Made by a program: the position numbers and the translations under genes. Positions 50,828-63,090 of a stretch of DNA of 64,000 bases are shown one piece after another. Position 1 is the first letter of the stretch. Every line of letters starts with the position of its first letter. The notes under the pieces are model-generated. The model saw only the letters and a list, made by a program, of their open reading frames with translations, did not search any database and was not told the DNA's origin. Source of the stretch: an uncultured cyanobacterium (lineage in GTDB: Bacteria; Cyanobacteriota; Cyanobacteriia; Cyanobacteriales; CAWUOF01); assembly GCA_963744145.1 (NCBI GenBank), contig CAVUSO010000001.1, forward strand, positions 5,376,001-5,440,000. Reading direction: 5' to 3'.

Positions 50828-52183
50828 ATGAATGAGTTAACTTTAGCCTGGTTTGAGTTGGGACGGGGAAAAACTTTCACCATCCGAGCTAATCCCATTA
50901 ATCAACAGTCAAGTCCAATTCGGATTGGTCGGAATCCAACTCAGTGTGATCTGGTTTTATCCCATCCCACGGTCCTGGATCTTCATGGGGAAATTTTTTT
51001 TAATGCTCAAAAGCAAAAATTTTTTCTGCGTTCTGTCCAAGCAGTTACTCCCCCTGTTGTGAATAAAGTTCCTTTGGTAACAGGAGAGGTGATGCTACAT
51101 GAAGGTGATTATATATGTTTAGGAAAATTACCTTTAAAAATTACCGCGATCGAGCTTAATTCTGGTTTAACTAAAAATTATCTTTCTAGTCCTTTAATAG
51201 GTAAATCAGATGCAGGATTTGGGTTTGAGTCCAATCATGTACCGATCTTTTCCACGAAAGTTATCCTCGGAATTGGGATCATGGCGATCGCAGTGGTTAG
51301 TGCGATCGGTGTTTATGCTTTTAATCAATTACCTGGAAAGAAAGATCAGACCAAATCAACATCACAATTAGCTGAAGTTACTTCAACCCAAACTAAAGAT
51401 TTAAAATCAAAAATCACCTCCCCTGAATCTGCTAAATCTTTGGAAAAAAAAGGATCAGAAAGTTGTGTGATAGTTAAGCATGATGAAAGTTTAAATGTGC
51501 GGAGTAGTCCTGATGGTGAAAAAACAGGTAATCTATTATCACCAGGAACAAAATTAAAAGTTACTGGAAAACAAGTAGGAGAATGGTTGGAGATTCAATC
51601 TCCGGTAATCGGTTGGGTAGAGAAAAATTATACTGCTAATGAATGTAATGCTAATAGTCAGGTAGTCGGTGAAAGCAAAACTAAAGTAAATTCAGGAGCA
51701 GCAGTAAATATTACGGTAGAAAAAGCGTTAGAAAAAGCGACAAATGGAGATATTAAAGGAGCGATCGCGATCGCTAAAAAAATTCCCCAAAAAAGTGATC
51801 AATATAGTGAAGCTGTGGGTTTGATTAGTCAATGGGAAGATGAATTAGCTGAACGAAAACGTCAGCATGATGCTCAGGGAAAAGAACTGATGGAAAATGC
51901 TTCAGCTCAAGCAGAAATAGGAGATTTTGGAGCTGCGATCGAAATTGCTAAACAAGTTAAAGCTGATAGTGCAGTTTATCAAGAAACTCAGAAAGCGATC
52001 GGTAAATGGCAAAAAGAGTTAGATAATCAATCTAAAAATAGTCTCACCAATCCCAAGAAAGCTAACACTATTACCTGGAATTGCTATAATAATGGACAAT
52101 TATCTGAACAGTTAGTTTTACCGATCGGCAAATATCCCTATGATGATCAAACCTATGCTGAAAATAATTGCGAAAAACTATAG
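50828..52183 (+). CDS. FHA domain + TM + SH3b-like + helical-repeat membrane protein
   Basis: IGRNP..CDLVL, TM segment, LNVRSSP..WLEI..GWV, AIAIAKKIP repeats; start may be 50807 or 50828. Confidence 0.75.
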   Translation: MNELTLAWFELGRGKTFTIRANPINQQSSPIRIGRNPTQCDLVLSHPTVLDLHGEIFFNAQKQKFFLRSVQAVTPPVVNKVPLVTGEVMLHEGDYICLGKLPLKITAIELNSGLTKNYLSSPLIGKSDAGFGFESNHVPIFSTKVILGIGIMAIAVVSAIGVYAFNQLPGKKDQTKSTSQLAEVTSTQTKDLKSKITSPESAKSLEKKGSESCVIVKHDESLNVRSSPDGEKTGNLLSPGTKLKVTGKQVGEWLEIQSPVIGWVEKNYTANECNANSQVVGESKTKVNSGAAVNITVEKALEKATNGDIKGAIAIAKKIPQKSDQYSEAVGLISQWEDELAERKRQHDAQGKELMENASAQAEIGDFGAAIEIAKQVKADSAVYQETQKAIGKWQKELDNQSKNSLTNPKKANTITWNCYNNGQLSEQLVLPIGKYPYDDQTYAENNCEKL

Positions 52184-52218
52184 TTAACCAAGTCCTCTAA
52201 TTTTGAAAGATCAAAAAG

Positions 52219-53523
52219 TTATTCGATCGGAATCCTAATCGCAAACTCTGTCCCCTGACCTAGGACAGAATTACACTCAATTTGACCACCATGTTTTTCG
52301 ACTACAATTTGATGAGAAATCGATAAACCTAATCCGGTTCCTTTACCGGTGGGTTTAGTAGTAAATAAATAATCAAACACTCGATTTTTCACCTCCGGTG
52401 ACATTCCTAACCCATTATCTTTAATTTTGATCAAAACCTGATCAGTATCTGCTAATACTTCGGTTTTAATCGTAATTGAATTAGTCCGATTAGCTTGCTC
52501 TAATGATGGGTTTAAACTAGCTTCATCAAAAGCGTCGATCGCATTAGCAATAATGTTCATAAATACCTGATTTAATTGTCCGGAATAACAAGAAACTAAA
52601 GGGAGGTCTCCATATTCTTTAAAAATCTCGATCGCGGAGCGTTTATTATCAGCTTTGAGACGATGCTGTAAAATCATTAAAGTGCTATCAATCCCATCAT
52701 GAATATCAACTTCAACCCGACTATCTTGATCAGCACGAGAAAAATTTCTGAGGGAAACGCTAATTTGACGAATCCGATCTGTACCTAATTTCATGGATGA
52801 AATCATTTTCGGTAAATCTTGTAGCACAAATTCTAAATCTATGCTTTCGGAATGACTTTTAATTTCTGGACTTGCTTGGGGTAATTGTTGTTGATAAAGT
52901 TGTAAATGATGGATAATATGCTGGATATAGGTTTGAGCATAATTCAGATTACCCGCAATGAATCCAACTGGATTATTAATTTCGTGAGCAATTCCAGCTA
53001 CTAACTGACCCAGAGTTGCCATTTTTTCATGCTGGACTAACTGAACTTGAGCTTTTTGCAGTTCGAGCAAAGTATGTTTGAGTTCCGCTGTCCGTTTTTC
53101 GACTTGTTTTTCTAATTCTTGACGAAATTGGACGATGATCAATTGACAACGGACACGAGCTAAAACTTCTTCACATTGAAATGGTTTAGTAATATAATCA
53201 ACCCCACCAATGGTAAAAGCTCTAACTTTATCTAAAACATCATCTAAAGCACTAATAAAAATGATGGGGATAGCTTGAGTTCGGGAGTCAGCTTTTAATT
53301 GATCACATACTTCATAACCATTCATGTCGGGCATTTTAATATCGAGCAAAATTAAATCGGGAGGAGCAGCAAAAGCTGATTTGAGAGCCATTTCTCCATT
53401 TAAAGCTTTCCGAACTGCATAACCTTGTTCAGTCAGAATCGTTGATAACAATCGCAGATTTTGTGGGGTGTCATCAACGATCAGAATATCTCCCGTTGGT
53501 AGATCTGGTAAGTTGGTTTTCAT
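52219..53523 (-). CDS. Hybrid receiver-histidine kinase
   Basis: ILIVDD/LLDIKMP/ITKP; AHEINNP; GKGTGLGL. Confidence 0.92.
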   Translation of the reverse strand: MKTNLPDLPTGDILIVDDTPQNLRLLSTILTEQGYAVRKALNGEMALKSAFAAPPDLILLDIKMPDMNGYEVCDQLKADSRTQAIPIIFISALDDVLDKVRAFTIGGVDYITKPFQCEEVLARVRCQLIIVQFRQELEKQVEKRTAELKHTLLELQKAQVQLVQHEKMATLGQLVAGIAHEINNPVGFIAGNLNYAQTYIQHIIHHLQLYQQQLPQASPEIKSHSESIDLEFVLQDLPKMISSMKLGTDRIRQISVSLRNFSRADQDSRVEVDIHDGIDSTLMILQHRLKADNKRSAIEIFKEYGDLPLVSCYSGQLNQVFMNIIANAIDAFDEASLNPSLEQANRTNSITIKTEVLADTDQVLIKIKDNGLGMSPEVKNRVFDYLFTTKPTGKGTGLGLSISHQIVVEKHGGQIECNSVLGQGTEFAIRIPIE

Positions 53524-53615
53524 TGATGCTCTTCAATAATTAAAATTTATTTTTCGTTGATGATCCAAATCAACATATCTCGCACTAACTATACCAGTTT
53601 GGTCGCGATCGCTAA

Positions 53616-54938
53616 TCACTGATTCATCTGGGATGATTGGGTTGGTAAACATAAGGTAAAAGTAGATCCTTGACCTAATACACTCTCTAGTGTTACATAT
53701 CCTCCCATAATTTGACATAACTTTTGCGTCAGAGCTAAACCCAATCCTGTACCACCATATTTCCGGGTACTTGACTCATCTACCTGGGTAAAGGGGTGAA
53801 AAATTCTTGACTTTTGTTCCTCACTAATTCCAATTCCCGTATCCCTGACCTGAAAATATATAAATTCTTTAACCAAAAAATTATCTGTGTTTTTATCTGC
53901 TCCTAAAACTAAGGGAAAGGTCTTTTTGAAGATTTGACTATTAACTCCTACTGGACAACGCTCAATGGTAAGGGAAATCTTACCTTTTTCTGTAAACTTA
54001 CAAGCGTTGCTAAGTAAATTTAGTAAACTCTGATGGACTTTATTGACATCATTATAGATAATACCCGGATCATTAAGATAAGTTACTTGTAAACTATTAT
54101 CTTTTTCTTCTACTAAAGGTTGAATTTTAGTAACTAAGGATTCCACTAATTTCATAACGTGAATTTTTTCGATTAAAAGACTCTCATTTCCGACTTCAAT
54201 ATTAGACAAATCAAGGATATCATTCACCAAAGTTAATAGATGATGACCAGCTTGAGAAATTTTCTCTAAATCTGGGATAAAATTTGGTTGTCCTAATTCT
54301 TCAGATTCTTCTTTAAGAATTTGACTATAGCCAATAATAGCATTGAGAGGAGTCCGGAGTTCATGACTCATATTTGCTAGAAATCTACTTTTAGCATAGT
54401 TAGCACTTTCGGCAACTTCTTTAGCTTTTATTAATTCTTGTAAAGACAATTCTAGCTGAATTTGAGTTTGTTGTAAATCTGATAGTGTTTTAGTTAACTC
54501 AGCGGTGCGCTCCTCCACGCGTTTTTCTAATTCTTTAGTCAATTGACGTAAATGAAGATGAGTTTTCACCCGGGCTAAAACTTCTTCATATTCAAAGGGT
54601 TTGGTAATATAGTCTACTCCACCAATTGCAAAACATTTAACTTTATCTAAAATATTATCTAAAGCACTAATAAAAATTATCGGTATATCCCGGAATTTTT
54701 CGTTAGCTTTGAGATGTTCACATAACTCATAACCATTCATTTCGGGCATATTAATATCCAGTAAGATCAAATCGGGAAGAACCGATTGGACTGATTTCAG
54801 AGCCATAGGTCCATTCAACGCTTTGCGAACTAAATAACCTGCTTCAGTCAGGATTGTAGATAAAATGCGGAGGTTCTGGGGCAGATCATCAACAATCAAA
54901 ATATATCGATTATCTTTACTGTTGTTATCATTAATCAT
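53616..54938 (-). CDS. Hybrid receiver-histidine kinase
   Basis: N-terminal REC domain; [16 protein letters not shown]. Confidence 0.92.
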   Translation of the reverse strand: MINDNNSKDNRYILIVDDLPQNLRILSTILTEAGYLVRKALNGPMALKSVQSVLPDLILLDINMPEMNGYELCEHLKANEKFRDIPIIFISALDNILDKVKCFAIGGVDYITKPFEYEEVLARVKTHLHLRQLTKELEKRVEERTAELTKTLSDLQQTQIQLELSLQELIKAKEVAESANYAKSRFLANMSHELRTPLNAIIGYSQILKEESEELGQPNFIPDLEKISQAGHHLLTLVNDILDLSNIEVGNESLLIEKIHVMKLVESLVTKIQPLVEEKDNSLQVTYLNDPGIIYNDVNKVHQSLLNLLSNACKFTEKGKISLTIERCPVGVNSQIFKKTFPLVLGADKNTDNFLVKEFIYFQVRDTGIGISEEQKSRIFHPFTQVDESSTRKYGGTGLGLALTQKLCQIMGGYVTLESVLGQGSTFTLCLPTQSSQMNQ

Positions 54939-57900
54939 TGGCGATAATTTTGAATTAAGTTTATGATTTTGTCAAATCGAAAATTATTAGACCAATCAGC
55001 TAATGTATCAGCTAATAGAGTATATTCAGGCGGGATTTCCGTCCCTAGTTGTAAAATTAATTCATCATAGCCTTTGATGGCTGCTGTATGCAAACGTTCT
55101 AACCATTCATCGGGCATTTTAGATAACTGGAAATTTAGGTCTATCTTGCCATTATTTTCCTCATTTTTGACTTTGCTGACATGATTTTTAACGGTTGAAT
55201 CTTCATAGATATAAACTACTCCTAAATATTCAGCCATTTTCGCTAACAACACTTCCTCACGGAATGGTTTGCGGACAAAATCGTCACAACCTGCGGACAT
55301 CACAATGCTACGATCTTCATCTAAAGCACTAGCTGTCAGCGCAATAATCACTGTCGCTTGACCTTTTAAATGTGCTTTAATCTGTTTAGTAGCTTCATAA
55401 CCATCCATCACGGACATTCGCATATCCATCCAAATTAGATGTGGTTCCCACTCTGACCAAATTTCTACTGCAACTGCACCATTTTCAGCTTCTTTGACCT
55501 CAAACCCAATCGTTGACAGTAGTCTAACTAATAACAAGCGACTTTCAAAGCGATCTTCAACTACTAAAATCCGATAGGAAGGTTGATCAGGAGCTAGTTT
55601 CAAAACTTTTCCTGTCGATTGTCCATAATGAATCTCCTGGGGGTCTGCTAAACTAACTTGTACGTTAAATTTAAAAATAGTTCCTCGATCTAATGTACTA
55701 CTAACGCTAATTTCTCCACCCATCATTTCCACAAATTTACGACTAATGGGTAAACCCAGTCCAGTCCCAGTTTGGGATTTTCGTCCGGTTTCAGTTTGGA
55801 CAAAAGGTTCAAATAACAGATTAAGTTCGGAAGGGGCAATTCCTGGACCGGTGTCTTCGATTTCAAAGAACAAGTTTACTGGTTGTCTATAAGGAGAATT
55901 TTTTGGCTGATTAATTGTGTCTAATAATGGTTGTTTAAAGATCCGCAGCACCACACCTCCTGTTTCCGTAAATTTAATTGCATTACCGAGTAAGTTAATT
56001 AATACTTGGCGAACTTTACTTTCATCAGCATATATATAATGGGGAACGTTGCTCGCAATTTCAAAAATTAATTCTAAGTCTTTCGATTTAGCTTTTAGTT
56101 GTAACATATCTTCCAGAATATCTAGCAGTCGATATAAATCAAAACCATTTTCATTGAGAGTTAGTCTTCCTGCTTCAATTTTTGACATATCCAAAATATC
56201 ATTAATTAGTTCCAGTAAATGTTCCCCACTACCACTAATAATTGCTAAGGTTTTTTTCTGCTCCTCTGACAGTGCAGGATCTCGGTTCATAAGTTGAGCA
56301 AAACCTAGAATCGCATTCAGAGGAGTTCGCAATTCATGGCTCATATTTGCCAAAAATTCACTTTTAGAACGATTCGCGGTATTAGCAGCGATCGCGACTT
56401 GTTTAAGAGCTGCTTCTGCACGTTTGCGATCGCTAATATCATTTGATAGAGACAGCAAACATTTTTGTCCATTTAAGTAAATAATTTCCGTAGATAATAG
56501 CCCAGTTTTTATTTCTCCTGATTTGGTCTGAAATTCAAATTCATAATTACGAATTGCGGTATTACCTGTCATCATATCAAACATTTGTGCCCGCGCTTCA
56601 GGATTGACCCACAGATTTAATTCGGATGAAGTATGACCGATTACTTCTTCTCTGGTATAACCAATCATCCGACAAAAAGCATCATTTACCTCTAGATGAG
56701 AGCCATCATTCAAACTGGTAATGGTAATGGGATTAGGTGAGGAAACAAAAGCTCGAAAAAACTTTTCTTCTGAATGTAATAAAGCAGCTGTACGTTGTTC
56801 TATTTGGGTTTCTAAATCTTTATTTGTCTGTTCCCATGCACTAAAAGTAGTACCTAATTGCTGTGACATTAAATTAAAAGAGGTAGCTAAAATTTCTAAT
56901 TCTTTAATCCCATGTCCTTGAATATTTTGGTTTAATTCACCACGACTAATTGCTTGAGTTGCTTGGCTTAATTGTAAAATGGGTTTGATAATCAAACGGG
57001 ATGTAAAAATTCCGCTAATTATGCTTAATCCTAATACTCCTAAACAAATAAATATCGTATTATATATATGGGAATTAATTTGTCCCATCAAATCTTCAGT
57101 GGGAATTACTACCACCATCAACCAATCTAAACCAAATTGATCTTGGATGGGGGATACTTGGACAATTTGGGTTTTACCAGCTAGTTCAAAGCTAAGTGTT
57201 TCACGATTTTTAATTTGACTAAACTTGCCAAATTGATTTAATAAAAATTTTCCAGTTGCTTGCATAACTGGAATACTACTCTCCATCACAGATAACCGTT
57301 TTTGTTGACCATTGCTAGTAATAAAAGGTGACTCATTACTAGAATTAGCAATCAGTTTGCCGGTGCGATCGATAATGAAAGCTTTACCTGATTCACTAAT
57401 TTTTTCTTGGCGCAATAAGTCACTAATTTGGTCTAAACTAATATCATTACCTAATCCTCCTAAAAATTCTCCAGTCCGAGTATAAATTGGGGTAGCATGG
57501 GTAAGGGTAAACAGTGAATGTTCATTTACTTGATAGATCAGACTCCAGATCGGTTTTTTTGCTTTTGCAACTGCTTGATACCAGGGGGGAAGTCCAGCAG
57601 CATCATTAATACTACTAATTAAGGTATTTCGATTACCAAAGTTATCCAGCGTATAGGTATTAACTTTTCCCAGGGTAGATTGATCTTTAATCTCTACAAC
57701 TGGTAGATTATTGTCACGCTTTCTGATCGTAATAAATTGTCTATTTTTATTAATAAACCGGATTAAAGATACTGAATTTGAGCTTCTAATTTGAACCCAG
57801 AAATACTGTTGCAAAACCTGGAAATTACTAAAATTGATAATTTGAGTACGTTGGGCATCTAAGCTAACTTGATTAAGCCCAGGAGCTGACTTTAAATATG

Positions 57901-58141
57901 TTTGTACTTCTTGCTCAAGATTGACAGCTATCTTCCCGCTCAACTGACTAGCTAAATCAGTCATAACTCTACGTCCGTTTCGCAAGGATAGATATCCCGT
58001 AATGCCCACTATTCCTAAAGTTTGGAGGACAAACGGAATACTTAAAACTAGACGTAGCGGGACTTGAAAATAATGTTGCTTCAACCTACTGGTAAGAGTT
58101 TTAAATAACATTGATAGTACCTGACCATTTGCACTGTACAA
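54935..58141 (-). CDS. Cache-HAMP-PAS hybrid histidine kinase with C-terminal receiver
   Basis: Two TMs flanking a Cache-like region, HAMP, PAS ([12 protein letters not shown]), [12 protein letters not shown] (WMDMRM, VRKP); start uncertain. Confidence 0.92.
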   Translation of the reverse strand: MYSANGQVLSMLFKTLTSRLKQHYFQVPLRLVLSIPFVLQTLGIVGITGYLSLRNGRRVMTDLASQLSGKIAVNLEQEVQTYLKSAPGLNQVSLDAQRTQIINFSNFQVLQQYFWVQIRSSNSVSLIRFINKNRQFITIRKRDNNLPVVEIKDQSTLGKVNTYTLDNFGNRNTLISSINDAAGLPPWYQAVAKAKKPIWSLIYQVNEHSLFTLTHATPIYTRTGEFLGGLGNDISLDQISDLLRQEKISESGKAFIIDRTGKLIANSSNESPFITSNGQQKRLSVMESSIPVMQATGKFLLNQFGKFSQIKNRETLSFELAGKTQIVQVSPIQDQFGLDWLMVVVIPTEDLMGQINSHIYNTIFICLGVLGLSIISGIFTSRLIIKPILQLSQATQAISRGELNQNIQGHGIKELEILATSFNLMSQQLGTTFSAWEQTNKDLETQIEQRTAALLHSEEKFFRAFVSSPNPITITSLNDGSHLEVNDAFCRMIGYTREEVIGHTSSELNLWVNPEARAQMFDMMTGNTAIRNYEFEFQTKSGEIKTGLLSTEIIYLNGQKCLLSLSNDISDRKRAEAALKQVAIAANTANRSKSEFLANMSHELRTPLNAILGFAQLMNRDPALSEEQKKTLAIISGSGEHLLELINDILDMSKIEAGRLTLNENGFDLYRLLDILEDMLQLKAKSKDLELIFEIASNVPHYIYADESKVRQVLINLLGNAIKFTETGGVVLRIFKQPLLDTINQPKNSPYRQPVNLFFEIEDTGPGIAPSELNLLFEPFVQTETGRKSQTGTGLGLPISRKFVEMMGGEISVSSTLDRGTIFKFNVQVSLADPQEIHYGQSTGKVLKLAPDQPSYRILVVEDRFESRLLLVRLLSTIGFEVKEAENGAVAVEIWSEWEPHLIWMDMRMSVMDGYEATKQIKAHLKGQATVIIALTASALDEDRSIVMSAGCDDFVRKPFREEVLLAKMAEYLGVVYIYEDSTVKNHVSKVKNEENNGKIDLNFQLSKMPDEWLERLHTAAIKGYDELILQLGTEIPPEYTLLADTLADWSNNFRFDKIINLIQNYRQ

Positions 58142-58735
58142 GATTTTCGGGAGTTAGCTGCTGTTACTAAGATTTATCCATCAATTTTGAATGTAAAAAT
58201 ATAAGCTAGTTAATGATTTTTGCCAAAAGAATACTTCCTAATTAAAAATTTTGCTTGCCCATAATTACCAATATTTGAACCCTCAAAGTTAGAATTGTAG
58301 CTGACTCAAGCATTAACTCGGTTCCCCATTGAGCAATCGCTTTGATTGCTTAAATTAACTACTTGGTCTCAATTAACCTTTTATATGATCTGGACCAAAA
58401 ACTTACAGAACGTCAGCTCGGCCCTAATTCATATATTATAAGGAGTGAAGATGAAAACCCCCAAAAATGCTTTTAGTGTTCTATGTCAAGCTCGGGGATG
58501 TTTCAACTATGCCCCCTCGCTATACCAGACTGAGGAACGTTAATCTCATCCAGGTTGAAATTTCTTCTGATCTAGGATTGAGTCGGTCTTTTGCCATTTT
58601 ACCTGGTCTTCCATATCATAAAATTGCACCAATATTCTGTCTTCCTTAAGGAAATTTTCTGTTAAAAAATATAAAATTTTTGTAAAATTACTAATTTTTC
58701 CACCACTATTCAGCAAAAGGTGTTATATTGAATAG

Positions 58736-59310
58736 TGAAAGTTGTTCATCTAGTTGGGTTGCACAGATAAATTGAAACTCCATGCAATAGCTGACTATAA
58801 CTGGCGAATCCTCTGGTCCCTAGACCTGAAATTAAAGCGGAAACGTCATTGCGATCCCACCTTATCGTGGACTGATAGTTGTGAAGTGCCCAGTATGTGC
58901 TGATCGACCTGTAAGTTCAGGTTTGCAACTGCCAAGTTAAATCAAGGCACCGTAGAGACGCGATCGGTGTAAAAATGGCAAGCAAACTGGGTCGATCAAG
59001 CTCATGCAAATGAGATTTTTTTAATAATCTAATGGTAGATGCGGCAAAACGCGCTGCTGAAATAGCTGGATTTGTTTTAAATTAGGCTGGGATCGCTCCT
59101 TGGGAAATGGTCATTTACCCATGGGAAGAATCAAAAAGCTTGGTTTAGGAACAATAATGTACGTGCTATTAGCTGAAGTAAGCCCAAACTGTTTGGAACT
59201 GTTTAGATCAGATCCGGACTGTGATCACTTGGAAGTGATTTTTAGCTACTGATAGTCTCAGCTAATCGGACAACACCTAATCTGCGTCAGTTAACCTGTT
59301 AATCCTACTT
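58736..59310 (+). ncRNA. Candidate large structured RNA or long 5' leader (ends approximate)
   Basis: No ORF of 60 aa or more; extended -10 TGnTATATT at 58721-58729; many nested stems, including GNRA-capped hairpins. Confidence 0.45.
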
Positions 59311-59326
59311 TTGGAGATGAAAAAAA

Positions 59327-60532
59327 ATGTCTAAAATCCTTAATCACAAAATTGCTCCTGCACCAATTCCCTCCACCATTAATGTGGTTGATTTAATTGA
59401 TGGTTACTTCACCGCTTATAATTCAGCGCGTTTGCGGGAAATCTGTCATCTGCTCAGTCAGAAAGTAATGTGTCAAGGAGTGACGGTAGGACTCAGTTTA
59501 TCAGGTGCAATGACACCTGCTGGTTTTGGAGTTTCGGCTTTATCACCTTTGATCCGCAATGGTTTTATTGACTATATCATCAGCACTGGAGCCAATTTAT
59601 ACCACGACATCCATTATGGATTGGCTTTAGATCTATATGCCGGTAATCCATTTGTTGATGATGTGCAACTACGTGAAGAAGGTCATATTCGGATCTATGA
59701 CATTGTCTTTGACTACGATGTCTTATTACAAACAGACGCATTTATTCGGAAAATTCTCCGCGCACCAGCTTTTCAAAAACGGATGGGCACAGCTGAGTTT
59801 CACTATTTACTAGGCTACTATGTCCGGGAAGTGGAAAAACAATTAGGTGTCAAACATTCTTGTTTACTAGCTACAGCATACGAATGTGGTGTACCCATTT
59901 ATACTTCTTCTCCAGGAGATAGCTCAATTGGGATGAATGTTGCAGCTTTAGCTTTAGAAGGTTCGCAGTTAATCATTGACCCAGCAATTGATGTGAATGA
60001 AACCGCAGCGATCGCTTACTGTGCTCGGGAAAGCGATCTACCTGGGGTAGAAGGTAAAAGTGCCGCAGTGATTATCGGTGGTGGTAGTCCGAAAAACTTT
60101 CTTCTCCAAACTCAACCTCAAATCCACGAAGTTTTGGGTTTACCAGAACGTGGTCACGATTTCTTTGTGCAAGTAACTGATGCTCGTCCAGATACTGGTG
60201 GACTTTCCGGTGCTACTCCTAGTGAAGCAGTGAGTTGGGGAAAAGTTGACCCCCATGAATTACCTAACACCGTTGTTTGTTACACCGATAGCACGATCGC
60301 TTTACCGCTCATTGCTGCTTACATTATGAATCAAAACCCCTCCCGTCCTTTAAAACGGCTGTATGACCGGAGATCGCAGTTGTTGACCAAACTCCAATTA
60401 GATTATCAATTAGCCCAAGCTAATGCGGCTCAATCCGTACCAGTCATGGTAGCTCCCAACCCAACCGGGCGATCCGTCGCTACTTATCCTTGTGGTACAC
60501 CAATTCGCAATGGTCATTCTGGTCATGGTTAG
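59327..60532 (+). CDS. speY: Deoxyhypusine synthase-like homospermidine biosynthesis protein
   Basis: [40 protein letters not shown]. Confidence 0.85.
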   Translation: MSKILNHKIAPAPIPSTINVVDLIDGYFTAYNSARLREICHLLSQKVMCQGVTVGLSLSGAMTPAGFGVSALSPLIRNGFIDYIISTGANLYHDIHYGLALDLYAGNPFVDDVQLREEGHIRIYDIVFDYDVLLQTDAFIRKILRAPAFQKRMGTAEFHYLLGYYVREVEKQLGVKHSCLLATAYECGVPIYTSSPGDSSIGMNVAALALEGSQLIIDPAIDVNETAAIAYCARESDLPGVEGKSAAVIIGGGSPKNFLLQTQPQIHEVLGLPERGHDFFVQVTDARPDTGGLSGATPSEAVSWGKVDPHELPNTVVCYTDSTIALPLIAAYIMNQNPSRPLKRLYDRRSQLLTKLQLDYQLAQANAAQSVPVMVAPNPTGRSVATYPCGTPIRNGHSGHG

Positions 60533-60555
60533 CTATCCGCTAATCTAACCAACTA

Positions 60556-60619
60556 AGAAACCGGGTTTCTCGACCAAATGGTCGGTTGTTGACCGATCGC
60601 TAGAGAGAAACTCGGTTTT
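60556..60619. repeat. Paired AGAAACCGGGTTTCT-type palindromic repeats between convergent genes
   Basis: AGAAACCGGGTTTCT (60556-60570) and AGAAACTCGGTTTT (60606-60619). Confidence 0.6.
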
Positions 60620-60675
60620 CGATCGCGAATAGTTATTTTCAGCTAGGCATAATTCAGATCAAAATCTGCTTCTAT

Positions 60676-61803
60676 TTACATAATTGCTAGAACGAATTCA
60701 CCCTCATTAACAGACTGGTTAATCGCAACATGAAAAACTAATCCACATCGGTCTGAATGAACATTTTTAACACTAGGGAACTGCTGTGACTTATCAAAAT
60801 TCAAAACCTGGTACAGCAGATCCCCTGGCTCAACTGAAGTACCAAGTGCTACCCTGGATTGAACCATACCACCTACCGGTGACCAGTATTTTTTTACCTG
60901 GCTTACGGGTCTGAAACTCATGTTGAGTTGGATTAATTGTTCTGGGAACAAGTTTTCTAGATTGAGAATATGTTTTTGAACTAGGTAGTTCTTTACTCCC
61001 AAAACTCCATGGGAAACTGAATTTGGATTCATTTCCATTCCCGGACCTAGTTCTAGGGTGTATGCTTCTACATCGAATTTGATTTGTTTCCCTAATTTAG
61101 ATAGGATATTCTCTAAAGCCAACCAAGGCTTTATAAACGCTTCATCAAAAGCATCCCCATCATAATCATCCAACATAATCCCATGCTCAAACAAGAATAA
61201 CTTGGCACTTTCTTCGCGATCGCGGAAGTAATACAAATATTCCAACCCATAATTAGTATTACTGTGCAAATCGATCAAATAGTCAGCGTCTAAACAGAGA
61301 GATTGCATCTTATACCGATATTTATCAGTTAATTGAACACTACTAGGGGCATCAATTTTAGTTTTAATCTCTGCAAAGCTAGTTTTAATTTTCTGTTTAT
61401 AGTTCTGCTTAATGAGTTCTGGAGCAAAATCAATTTGAGACTGGGCAAACTCTTCTAAATCTTGACAAACTTTTTCATAGTCCCAGTAGATGCGATTCCA
61501 ATCCTTACCATCATAGGTATTGAATCGTCCGGTAGCAAACTGATGGGAACGCTGGTTTGTTGCTAAGGGATTACAGACCGGAACCAGCCAAATTTCTCCA
61601 GTTAAGACTTCTGATTCAAGAGTCATCAAAAACTCAATTAATTGATAAATGACAGCATTACCGACAATTTCACTACCATGTAAGTTAGCTTGGAGGTAAA
61701 CTTTCTTACCCGGTCTAGCACCAGAGAACCTATAGACTTTGATCGATAGGTGATCACCAGAAGCAAGTTGTAGGAGGGGAATAGTTTCAATGGTTGGAAT
61801 CAT
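60676..61803 (-). CDS. Succinylglutamate desuccinylase/aspartoacylase-family (M14) protein
   Basis: HGSE, DWNR, IDLH, TLELG. Confidence 0.85.
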   Translation of the reverse strand: MIPTIETIPLLQLASGDHLSIKVYRFSGARPGKKVYLQANLHGSEIVGNAVIYQLIEFLMTLESEVLTGEIWLVPVCNPLATNQRSHQFATGRFNTYDGKDWNRIYWDYEKVCQDLEEFAQSQIDFAPELIKQNYKQKIKTSFAEIKTKIDAPSSVQLTDKYRYKMQSLCLDADYLIDLHSNTNYGLEYLYYFRDREESAKLFLFEHGIMLDDYDGDAFDEAFIKPWLALENILSKLGKQIKFDVEAYTLELGPGMEMNPNSVSHGVLGVKNYLVQKHILNLENLFPEQLIQLNMSFRPVSQVKKYWSPVGGMVQSRVALGTSVEPGDLLYQVLNFDKSQQFPSVKNVHSDRCGLVFHVAINQSVNEGEFVLAIM

Positions 61804-61911
61804 CTCAATAGCTTAATTAGGGTTAGGAAAGGTGACTAACGGTTGGACAAACTGTTGATGGGTATTTAACCACAAGAGATTTGCTATGGGTGGTGGCGAT
61901 CGCCCAAAATA

Positions 61912-63090
61912 TTATTTATCCCAAATACAAATAGACTCTGGTTTAACTGGACAAACTTTGTTATTAATTGGATTATTTTTGAGATAAACTCTATAAAGTT
62001 TAGTTAAAAATTGTAATGGGGTTAGATCAGTAATTTGATTATTATTAATGTAAATGTCACGAAGATTAGGTAAAGATTTTAATGGGCTTATATCTCTAAT
62101 CTGATTACGGTCAAGCTGAAGATATTCAAGATTAATCAAAGGTTTTAATGGGGTTATATCAACAATTTGATTATCGTTAAGATAGAGAAAATCAAGATTA
62201 GTTAAAGATGCTAATGAGGTGATATCACTAATTTGATTATTAGTAATATAGAGAGAGCCAAGATTAATCAAAAATTTTAATGAGGTTATATGATTAATGT
62301 GATTATTATTAAGATAAAGAAATTTAAGATTAATCAAAGATTGTAAGGGCGTTATATTACTAATTTGATTATTATCAAGCTGGAGAGCTTTCAGATTAAT
62401 CAAAGATTGTAATGGGTTGATATCACTAATCTTATTGTAACCAAGATCAAGAATTTTAAGATGAGTGAAAGATCGTAATTTAGTTATATCACTGATTTGA
62501 TTCTTGCCAAGAGTTAGAGATTGAAGATTAGTCAATGATTGTAAGGGAGTTAGATCACTAATCTGATCATTAAAAAGAGTTAGAGATTGAAGATTAGTCA
62601 ATGATTGTAAGGGAGTTAGATCACTAATCTTATTGTAACTAAGATTAAGAATTTTCAGATAAGTGAAAGATCGTAATTGAGTTAGATCACTAATCGGATT
62701 ATTAAAAATAGTTAGAGATTGAAGATTAGTCAATGATTGTAAGGGAGTTAGATCACTGATTTGATTGTTACCAAGAGTTAGGGATTGAAGATTAGTCAAT
62801 GATTGTAAGGGAGTTAGATCACTAATTTTTTTGTACCATGGTTCTATTAGTTCTATATTTGTTAACTTTAAAAGTCTTTGATTAGCCTGATCACAATCAT
62901 TGCTATTGACATAGTTCAATAACGCCTGAACTGTATATTTAACTGGAGCAGCCAAACTATCTTTATTATTACACCAGTCAGCAAAAGTTTTATAATTGCT
63001 GGTTGGTTCTTGGGCTGCTACAGACAATAAGCTAGACCCCAATATTAGAGCGATCGCACTTCCAACCCCTATCAATTTCCCTAACCGCAT
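61912..63090 (-). CDS. Exported internalin-like leucine-rich repeat protein
   Basis: Signal peptide, FADWC cap, about 13 22-aa LRRs (NQISDLTPLQSLTNLQSLTL). Confidence 0.9.
   Translation of the reverse strand: MRLGKLIGVGSAIALILGSSLLSVAAQEPTSNYKTFADWCNNKDSLAAPVKYTVQALLNYVNSNDCDQANQRLLKLTNIELIEPWYKKISDLTPLQSLTNLQSLTLGNNQISDLTPLQSLTNLQSLTIFNNPISDLTQLRSFTYLKILNLSYNKISDLTPLQSLTNLQSLTLFNDQISDLTPLQSLTNLQSLTLGKNQISDITKLRSFTHLKILDLGYNKISDINPLQSLINLKALQLDNNQISNITPLQSLINLKFLYLNNNHINHITSLKFLINLGSLYITNNQISDITSLASLTNLDFLYLNDNQIVDITPLKPLINLEYLQLDRNQIRDISPLKSLPNLRDIYINNNQITDLTPLQFLTKLYRVYLKNNPINNKVCPVKPESICIWDK

Noticed and set aside
52219..58141. Three consecutive hybrid kinases as a novel system
   Set aside because: A common phosphorelay arrangement in filamentous cyanobacteria.
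58736..59310. RNase P RNA, tmRNA, or a group I/II intron as the identity of the structured region
   Set aside because: No GAGGAAAGUCC, no tRNA-like ends, no domain V, no convincing P7/J8-7 context, and it interrupts no gene.
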